NCBI GenBank assembly: GCA_045568435.1
Contig: JBJLBB010000003.1
Span: 2,509-66,508 of the forward strand
DNA: 64,000 nt
Direction: 5' to 3'
Source of the DNA: Candidatus Poseidoniaceae archaeon
Lineage (GTDB): Archaea; Thermoplasmatota; Poseidoniia; Poseidoniales; Poseidoniaceae
Each line of letters starts with the position of its first letter. Position 1 is the stretch's first letter. The position numbers were made by a program, and so were the translations under genes. The notes beneath the pieces were generated by a model. It had not been told where the DNA came from. It saw only the letters and a list, made by a program, of their open reading frames with translations, and searched no databases. Below, piece after piece: positions 57,501 to 64,000 of the stretch.

Positions 57501-60500
57501 GTTCAAGTTGATTACAAAATGCTTCTTTCTGTTAATGGACATCAAGTTACTGGCAACCAAAATAATCATGTTCCTACATCCTTTTTGATAAATTTAGTTT
57601 CACAGAGTTCTATTTCCTCTCTATCTTATTCTACTACCAATGATGTAATAATCTCTTCAACAAATGAATTATCAACAGTTCAATCTAGAGTTGTCAGCCC
57701 AGAAGTATGTCCGAACTTCACTTTCCCAAATGGCTTGATATCTGATGATTATGGAATTGCTTCATGTACAATTAATCTATCTGCAAGCGGAAATATGACT
57801 GCACGTTTTTCAAATCTTCAATCAATGTCTCCAGTTCAAAAAGTTCAATTAGAGATAGGGCATTCAATGTTGAATGAAATCAAAAATAATTCATATCAAG
57901 GCAATGATAGAGAATTATTGTATATCCCAATGACAGTAGAAACGGTTTCAGGTTCAATTAATATCAATATGACCACAACCTCATACCTACATCAGATTGA
58001 TACAATCAATAGCATAAGTAGAGATAGATGGCTTCCTGAACAAATAATCAGTATCAATACCTCTCACATAAGATTTGATCCAGTAACCATGAGCGAACAC
58101 AATCATCAACTGGAAAAAGTGAAACTAATTTTATCTCCAAATCCAAACGCTCAAGACTCAATAATCGAAATCGAGGTCTCAAACCTTTACTCGAGTAAAG
58201 ATGTATCGATTATCAAAGGTAGTAACTTAATTCAATTAGAAGATGGAAGTACCTCGGTAAATTGTATTGCTGGCTTTTGTCAAATCCAATGGATGATTAC
58301 TAGCACATGGCAACTAGATGACATTGACGATATTCATTGGATGGTAGTTTCACAAGACACTTCTGGATTGGAGACAGGTCCCGATTTACTGATTCGACAA
58401 ACTGCATTTAATGAAGTTGAAAATGATTTAGAAATTATCCAATTCGAGGCTTTTGATGATGAAAATGCATTACATGATTGGACTGATGCAGACTGGCCTT
58501 TCCATATACAGTCCAATGAATCAATTACGGTAAACGGCCAAGTTAGATTCCAAGGAGTCTCTAATAATTTCATTTTACCAGACCAAGCAAGAATCGAGGT
58601 TAAATTACAAGCAGTGCCTCCAAAGAATATTTCAGGAGGCCAAGATGTCTGGCCTGAGGCACCTGTAAATTGGAGTGATTCTTGGTTTATTGAAGTGGGT
58701 GTTAATGGTTATTTTTCAACCATAATAAACACCCCTGATTCGCTTATTGTACCATCCAATACCTCTTTAGAGATTTCAGCTCATATAGTAAGAATAGGTC
58801 CAATTGGCCAACAATCTAATACCTCGAATGATATGACTGCGATTTATCAAAAGACTCGGATATTATTTGATATTGAGTCACCCGAGGTTATTTCTCTTGA
58901 CGTATTAGACCCCGGGGGGCAAGTTCCAGCTGATGAACATGTATGGATTTCAGGACAGGATATTCCATTGAGGGCAACCATCTCCGATGTTGAAGGACTT
59001 AGCCCATTGATTACAGTGTGGTCTTGGTCTGAGAGTAAAGATGACCTCGACGGCGATGGAGTGATGGATTTAGAAGAATATGTATCTACTACTGCAACCG
59101 TCAATACTGGTTCTAAGTCTGCTATTGTCGACCTACCTATCTTTTCATGGTTTGATGTTAGGGGCTCTAAGGAAAGTGGTAGGTTGAGTATTTTCATTGA
59201 GTCTCAAGATTTGGCAGGTAATCTATTGTCAGGTGGAGGAAGTTTTGGCGAGGGGCAAGATTTAGCGACTGTGATAGTTCAAAATCAATATGCCACGTTC
59301 TTTGATTTTGATACCCTCGATTTAGATTTAATCGAACAACAGATACTTCCAGGATTTGAACATAAACTCCAGTTTAGTTTAACCGACGCGAATGGAATTG
59401 ATTCCTTGGATGAAATACAATTAGCGATACTTGGAAGGGACACACAGGAACAATGTTTTATCCATCATTCACCGCGATTTTCCAATACACAATATGATAG
59501 CGATTGCTTTGTGGTTAAACCAGAAGTAATCATTAATCAACAGGAAGGTTTCCTAGTATGGGATATAGAATTTAATTTTAGGGTCTCTTGGCAAATAACC
59601 GAATCCTTGCCTCAAGAGGAATGGATTCCTTCGGTCAAAATATTTGATGAGGGTCAAGATTTGTATCTTGGAGTATCATTACTCACTATGTTTGAATGGA
59701 CTTTCAATAACAATATAGAATTTTCACATGTAGAAATACTTGAGCAATCAGGGCCTATTGGTTCTAATACAGGCCAAGAGATTTGGTTACAAAGTAATGA
59801 TATAATAGGAATGAACCTGTATTTAGAATTCATCAACCTAAGTATTCCAGTTCAATATCTAAATGATTACTTTTCAATCACTGGAGTAATTAATAATCAA
59901 ACTTCTAACCTATTAGAAAATATGACATTTAACGACCAAGGGCCCATTAATGTTGAATTTATTGCCAAGCCATCTTATGCTGAATCTGCAGAATTCTCAT
60001 TAGAGTTGAGATTATTTTCACCTCAATTGCAGCCCCTAGCTTCTCGAACCCTCCAAGTATATCTCGATGATTCTCCCCCGATTTTCTCTTTGAGTCTACA
60101 AGATTTACTGAAAGTCGACTCAAATAGATTATCTGAAATACCAATATTTGCTACAATTAGTGATGACATACCACTTAATGAACCAAGATTAGAAGTCAAT
60201 TGGTTTTTCTCAGAAAATGGTTCAATAATACAAGGAACGAGTGGAAGTCAAATAATTAATTCAACTGAAATAACCCAATTTAACACCTATTTTGATGCAT
60301 TTATCGACATAACTCCTAGTGATGAATCATTATTCTCTAGAGATAGCGAGATTGTGATTTGGTTTGCTGCCACTGATAATTCAGGACTTGAATTGACTGG
60401 ATTTGGAACTTCTAGTGACCCATTGAAACCCCGTCTTAATTGGATTGATTTTGAACCTCAATTAGATACTGTTAGGATTGAAACTAAAAATCCTACATTT

Positions 60501-60950
60501 GGCCAAAACCTTGAGATAATTACCAGAATTGTAAATACAGGTCAACTTAATGGTACTGTACAAGTTGAGTTAATTGATCTAGATGGTATGGTCCTTGAAA
60601 CTAAATTTATCACCATAGAAGCAGGAGATTGGATTGAAACTTCATGGTACTTTGAAGCGTGGACTACAGGAGATATCACTTTCTTTGTAAACCTAACAAA
60701 TTATTCACAATCAAAACAAGTAGAGATAGAAGATATTGATGAATTTGAATCTTCTAATAGAGAACTCAACGGCCTAATTGGTCTGATTGGATTATTTATT
60801 TTCTTAGTGGTTGGTGGCTTTGGATTTGCTTATCACCGAAGGTCGAAGGAGTTGGACCAATACACTAAACTACACATCGAGAATATAGTTAGAAAAAAGC
60901 GCTCTGCACCTCCACGACCTTTGGAATTAGATGATTATAGTGAAGAGTAA
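54516..60950 (+). CDS. Giant (2144 aa) membrane-anchored surface protein with repeated MAM/cleaved-adhesin-like domains
   Basis: Signal peptide; repeated LxSP...F.xW...D....S.DGG..W...GW.xD modules; CARDB-like domain; C-terminal TM and basic tail. Confidence 0.8.
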   Translation: MSAKQQKFGDIYRPDFKVLLLVTILMTSTLINVPAQHSSSWDSQEPIQWNNNIDFSPQANQSHINTTVSSMIEVPANHTLTSGQVDVSPIWQKADSDGTVFDTNDIFWNGSYQQTTQSSRDGQLRLERNSSIGDITDFETTTVVPSEGWSSNGKDSNTWTIISPSPNAIISQSGMSLPDEGYNGSAFLSTSDSGDLNSSMHSCLRSPSLDMPRMINNFSISFDHWLALDSTDAAWVELLDVNGNWIALTPINGVSQSSSLQYAPSVVWTGESNSWSRVEIMLDSHVSSTQDSLNLQLCYETSNLSVPRGGWFVDQLSIFNEGEHRGAFFHGNLTGDYLPNSNSKYIIPMNFSSIPTVDEIEISMSWDVQGYLYDYLTVEYSIDNGSSWNFISGYYGVPGTGIWHNGIINYGESNGWVPIFMNLNYNFSNSSALNNTLVRISVITDSSVNFGGKVSSEWEGFAIDNIILHSGRNGPNPSSVLHSDFSTMPNLSLGSQDGWLISYGTNYNTQWQWTDTLGVDSMEVTNFSFDNGNILPAGWSLISIDQKQWQVGTIPNGTTYGPSMWPSGQQGAGTYLGGPYRNEMLTHLYSPEYFLPVGSSSRLSFKSWVCTEANWDGGAVSISTDGGLNWWYIPPAIGTFHDQISTINSNSPFYGEGILDGSTIPGGCQNAARPFDDKVFETTNLSSENIRFRYSFFSDQLLEFDGWYIDDAGIEIDIFELQGTWTSPIVSPNPMFGWGHLDGFVQQPDNTSIRFDILDINNNTIAGYTNQSLPIDIQLDPEIYPNLRIRANLTTSNELVSPSIEFLSIGFSTYFDAYHYKNMANDSRYSGSYSHLSLNGDNIFANQVSYLRIQTTSFCPQIGTQMSSVGDNISLYSSQFGLDSTYFDTEISNFRVLNFSNNQQISSSLTDSVQLTLLTGQKFTKFAYHPICAKSPISPEVGLGNQNQSIFSWPVTNSGKEFGITTEFSSITSNGITNYSNVNGAVELELLDGQQVQVDYKMLLSVNGHQVTGNQNNHVPTSFLINLVSQSSISSLSYSTTNDVIISSTNELSTVQSRVVSPEVCPNFTFPNGLISDDYGIASCTINLSASGNMTARFSNLQSMSPVQKVQLEIGHSMLNEIKNNSYQGNDRELLYIPMTVETVSGSININMTTTSYLHQIDTINSISRDRWLPEQIISINTSHIRFDPVTMSEHNHQLEKVKLILSPNPNAQDSIIEIEVSNLYSSKDVSIIKGSNLIQLEDGSTSVNCIAGFCQIQWMITSTWQLDDIDDIHWMVVSQDTSGLETGPDLLIRQTAFNEVENDLEIIQFEAFDDENALHDWTDADWPFHIQSNESITVNGQVRFQGVSNNFILPDQARIEVKLQAVPPKNISGGQDVWPEAPVNWSDSWFIEVGVNGYFSTIINTPDSLIVPSNTSLEISAHIVRIGPIGQQSNTSNDMTAIYQKTRILFDIESPEVISLDVLDPGGQVPADEHVWISGQDIPLRATISDVEGLSPLITVWSWSESKDDLDGDGVMDLEEYVSTTATVNTGSKSAIVDLPIFSWFDVRGSKESGRLSIFIESQDLAGNLLSGGGSFGEGQDLATVIVQNQYATFFDFDTLDLDLIEQQILPGFEHKLQFSLTDANGIDSLDEIQLAILGRDTQEQCFIHHSPRFSNTQYDSDCFVVKPEVIINQQEGFLVWDIEFNFRVSWQITESLPQEEWIPSVKIFDEGQDLYLGVSLLTMFEWTFNNNIEFSHVEILEQSGPIGSNTGQEIWLQSNDIIGMNLYLEFINLSIPVQYLNDYFSITGVINNQTSNLLENMTFNDQGPINVEFIAKPSYAESAEFSLELRLFSPQLQPLASRTLQVYLDDSPPIFSLSLQDLLKVDSNRLSEIPIFATISDDIPLNEPRLEVNWFFSENGSIIQGTSGSQIINSTEITQFNTYFDAFIDITPSDESLFSRDSEIVIWFAATDNSGLELTGFGTSSDPLKPRLNWIDFEPQLDTVRIETKNPTFGQNLEIITRIVNTGQLNGTVQVELIDLDGMVLETKFITIEAGDWIETSWYFEAWTTGDITFFVNLTNYSQSKQVEIEDIDEFESSNRELNGLIGLIGLFIFLVVGGFGFAYHRRSKELDQYTKLHIENIVRKKRSAPPRPLELDDYSEE

Positions 60951-60985
60951 TAGTCAAGAATGAAATGCACCACGGCACACTACAA

Positions 60986-61070
60986 GCCGGGGTTCCCGAG
61001 CGGTCAAAGGGGGTGGACTCAAGATCCTCTGCGTAAAGCTTCGCAGGTTCGAATCCTGCCCCCGGCACCA
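60986..61070 (+). tRNA. tRNA-Leu (anticodon CAA), CCA encoded
   Basis: GCCGGGG/CCCCGGC acceptor stem, CT-CAA-GA loop, long variable arm, GGTTCGAATCC. Confidence 0.95.
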
Positions 61071-61139
61071 CATCATCATTCAAGAGGTACTTCTGTAAAG
61101 CACCTACAAGGCATATTATGCCTAATTAGAGACTAAACT

Positions 61140-61310
61140 CTACTTTCCAGTCATTTCTTGAACTTCTTTTGCTGCTAGTATTAGGGTTGGAGCCCAAAGA
61201 CCCACAAATATTCCTAACATCTGGTCTTCACTGACAAAGTAAATGTACAACGACAATACTACTGACAACATACTTGCGATAAATCCAATTTTTGCTATAT
61301 TTCCACTCAT
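61140..61310 (-). CDS. Small two-TM membrane protein (56 aa; not in the ORF track)
   Basis: MSGNIAKIGFIASMLSVVLSLYIYFVSEDQMLGIFVGLWAPTLILAAKEVQEMTGK, translated by hand. Confidence 0.7.
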   Translation of the reverse strand: MSGNIAKIGFIASMLSVVLSLYIYFVSEDQMLGIFVGLWAPTLILAAKEVQEMTGK

Positions 61311-61491
61311 TTCTTACTCACTTAACCCTAATTCATAGGTTTTCACTAATAATAGGGTGTTTCAAAGCGCAAAACCATTTTATGGCTAAAAATGGTACAT
61401 TAAAAGATTGATTACTCACAAGGAATTTCTTCTCTTTCCTTGTTGTAGCACTTCTCTTCTTCGCGCTCTGAGTCATCAAGTTCTCTCTTTA

Positions 61492-62208
61492 TCAGTATTC
61501 TAAAATAGCCTCAACAAGAGGTAAAATTGTCTCGCCGTGCATGAAAGGAGATACAACATCAGCCGCTTCTGCTACATATGCAAAAGAACCACCAACAGCG
61601 ACCGACCATCGAGCAATCTCAAACATAGACAGGTCATTAGGTGCATCACCTACACAGAGTAAGTCCTCAGCGGTGAGTCCCATTCGCTTAAGGATAATCT
61701 GAAGCCCGGAACCTTTGGATAATTGAGGTTCCATAAGATGAATAGCAAATCCGGTTTTTAACACTGAAAGGTGTGACCATTCACTCGAAGCGATTAATTT
61801 TTCAATTCGTTCTAAGTCTTCATTTGGTAATAGACACCATTCACTTTCACGCCACTGATTGGTTTCAATTCCTTGCCATTTCAATCCTTCAATTTGTGTT
61901 GCAAGCCATTGTGCAGCTTTCTTTGCTTCACTTCCATCCGCACGATATTTGGTTTCACCCCAATCTGGATGCCATAAAACTCCACCATTCTCACAACATA
62001 TCGGGCCGCTTAAGTTCAAAAATCGCCAAAGTCCATAGGTAATCGCTCTAACATTACCCGTAGCCAAAATAACTGGAATTCCATTTTCTTCCAGGCGTGA
62101 TAATGCTTCGATAACATTAGGATTAATCCGCTTCTTTTCATCGGTCAGCGTACCATCGATATCGACAGCGACAACCTTTGGCTTCCAATTGTCTGGTAGC
62201 CACTTCAT
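61492..62208 (-). CDS. HAD-IIB phosphatase (archaeal phosphoglycolate phosphatase type)
   Basis: DIDGTLT, ATGN, ENGG, KG, GDAPND motifs; start MKWLP. Confidence 0.88.
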   Translation of the reverse strand: MKWLPDNWKPKVVAVDIDGTLTDEKKRINPNVIEALSRLEENGIPVILATGNVRAITYGLWRFLNLSGPICCENGGVLWHPDWGETKYRADGSEAKKAAQWLATQIEGLKWQGIETNQWRESEWCLLPNEDLERIEKLIASSEWSHLSVLKTGFAIHLMEPQLSKGSGLQIILKRMGLTAEDLLCVGDAPNDLSMFEIARWSVAVGGSFAYVAEAADVVSPFMHGETILPLVEAILEY

Positions 62209-62313
62209 AGCCAGTCGTAATGAATTACAGTGATGAATATTCGCATCGAATTTAATCATTAAGCACAAATCATTGATACGAGTATTGATGAAGAACGATA
62301 TTTTAGACGAAAC

Positions 62314-64000
62314 ATGGCGGAGAAAGAGAAGGTTGAGAACTTCCTTTCTCTCGAAGAAGAGAATCAGCCTACAGTAGAAAAAAAATCCAAAATAAAATTG
62401 CCAAAATTGGGCAAAAAGAAACAAAAGCCAGCAATTGACCAAGAACTCGAAAAAGAAATACTTGAAGCGGAGATACTCGATGATTTGGTTGTCGAACAAC
62501 CAAATGGAATTTTCGAAGTAGAATGGCCACTAGTTGGAATGGATTGTCCAGATTGTGCAAGTAAAGCCTTCAATGCATTAGATCATCTAATGCAAACAAC
62601 AGAGGTGAAGATTTCAGCAACTACCGGTGAAGTCAGTCTGAAGGTTGATTTGGAACATGGTCTTCTTTCACAAGTCAGTTCAACTCTAAAATCGCTAGGC
62701 CATCCACCCGATGTTTCGTTTTACTTATTGTCAGGGGTCAATGCTAGAGTTGTTGCTAAAAGAAATAAAATCGAATTAAAGCAGGTAGAAAAATTGCTAC
62801 TTAGGCAACCAGGTATCCTAGATGTAGAAGTTAACAGAGATAATGAAATCCTAATACAATTACTTCCTGCACCAAATAAGAAAATGTTGGGACTGAGAGA
62901 TAGTTCCTTGGCACGCATTATCGGAACCAAGCCAGTATTCACCGAGGTTTCTAGCACTCGATTACGCCCTGACCAATGGAGATTATTTGGTGGAGCTGTT
63001 GCAGTTCCGCTATTGATTCTAGTAATATTTGGAGAAGTCCTTAGTATGCCTCCAATGGTAATTGGCCTTATTGCTTCAGTTGGAATTTTAATTGGTGGCT
63101 TACAGATGTTCCATGAAGCAATTGCTAGTTTGATGTCTAGACAAATGGGTTTCCAAGTTTTAACTAGTATTGCAGTTATAGGAGCGTCAATTCTTGGTAT
63201 GTGGGAAGAGGCACTGATGGTTGTCATTCTAGTTGCAATTGCTGCGCATCTTGAAAGTAGCGCACTTGAAAATGCTCGTAATGCTATGCAAGGTGGTTTG
63301 GATAGGATACCAAGAACAGCCCGGCGAATGATTTCAAGAGGGAAAATAAACCAAGAGTCAATTATTCCGGCACAGTTATCCTTCCAAATTGAAACCAATA
63401 GTCCTTCGAGTTCACAGTCAATGTTACACAATAATCAACCTAAAAATACTGAGGAAAGTGAAGTAATTTCACTAGATATTCTACAAATTGGAGATATTAT
63501 TGAGGTTAGGAGTGGTGAATTGATTCCGGCGGATGGCAAAATTATTGATGGCTTTGGGGCACTGGATAAAGCCCCTCTGACAGGTGAATCCGCACCTGTA
63601 GAGGTGACAGAAGGAGACACGATACATGCAGGATTAATACTTGCTAGAGGCCCTGTACTGATCGAAGTGTCTGCAATAGGAGAGAATACAAGGTTATCCG
63701 GAATTATTGAAGCGGTTCACAGTTTCAAAGAGCAGAAGCCAAAAATCCAAAATCAACTTGAAAAATTCACTGCCATTTGGGTGCCTGTAGTTCTATTCGG
63801 CGCTCTTCTAGTTTGGTACTTCATGTTCCCAGCAAATGACTGGAAGATAATCCTTCTATTATGGGTGGTGGCATGTCCATGTGCACTCTTACTAGCAGCA
63901 GCAATGCCTCATGCAGCAGCACTATCACGAGCCTCTAGAATGGGTGCAATAGTAAGAGGCGGGGATATCTTGGAAAGGTTATCTAAAGTAAATCATGTAT
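62314..64000 (+). CDS. Heavy-metal P1B-type ATPase (ZntA/CadA-like), truncated by the window end
   Basis: Open frame from ATG 62314 to the window end; GMDCPDC metal-binding motif, IPADG, LTGES, ACPCAL. Confidence 0.88.
   Translation, partial: MAEKEKVENFLSLEEENQPTVEKKSKIKLPKLGKKKQKPAIDQELEKEILEAEILDDLVVEQPNGIFEVEWPLVGMDCPDCASKAFNALDHLMQTTEVKISATTGEVSLKVDLEHGLLSQVSSTLKSLGHPPDVSFYLLSGVNARVVAKRNKIELKQVEKLLLRQPGILDVEVNRDNEILIQLLPAPNKKMLGLRDSSLARIIGTKPVFTEVSSTRLRPDQWRLFGGAVAVPLLILVIFGEVLSMPPMVIGLIASVGILIGGLQMFHEAIASLMSRQMGFQVLTSIAVIGASILGMWEEALMVVILVAIAAHLESSALENARNAMQGGLDRIPRTARRMISRGKINQESIIPAQLSFQIETNSPSSSQSMLHNNQPKNTEESEVISLDILQIGDIIEVRSGELIPADGKIIDGFGALDKAPLTGESAPVEVTEGDTIHAGLILARGPVLIEVSAIGENTRLSGIIEAVHSFKEQKPKIQNQLEKFTAIWVPVVLFGALLVWYFMFPANDWKIILLLWVVACPCALLLAAAMPHAAALSRASRMGAIVRGGDILERLSKVNHV

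Noticed and set aside
62378..62385. A8 run as a frameshift in the P-type ATPase (gene missing from the ORF track)
   Set aside because: Reads in frame (GAA AAA AAA); the ORF is absent from the track only because its stop lies beyond the window.
62209..62499. Long hydrophobic N-terminal extension of the HAD ORF
   Set aside because: Overlaps the divergent ATPase start; the real start is most likely ATG 62208.

Overview
64 kb of an AT-rich archaeal chromosome. Gene content (EF-1alpha/S10, S8e, SRP19, Sec61beta, FEN1, PolB, GINS-like, Trm11, plus many large acidic secreted proteins, S8 proteases and bacterial-type AceE) suggests a Marine Group II (Ca. Poseidoniales) archaeon; this is inferred, not tested. 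Positions 8.0-64 kb are mostly housekeeping backbone with tRNA-Arg(TCG) and tRNA-Leu(CAA). The main discovery is at 1-7.9 kb, next to the 3' end of tRNA-Arg. Four unrelated surface lipoprotein or membrane genes are separated by a repeated bipartite DNA element: a long L arm, a 22-bp dyad with a central TA, and a short R arm, built from ACAAGGG boxes. The four junctions read L|L, R|L, R|R and L|R. This is the pattern expected if an array of R-gene-L cassettes had its 3035-6510 block inverted exactly at the TA cores. It looks like an integron- or shufflon-like cassette system with non-canonical sites and no recombinase beside it in this window. Second highlight: a GC-rich structured 5' leader on the Xer-family recombinase gene, with two cUUCGg hairpins and an anti-SD stem. 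Other items are two histone-H1-like proteins, a membrane-anchored SAP-domain protein, a PIN-TPR fusion, a recurrent TCAAG element at the TATA position, and four homopolymer frameshifts that are probably sequencing errors. All identities were counted by hand; no database searches were run.
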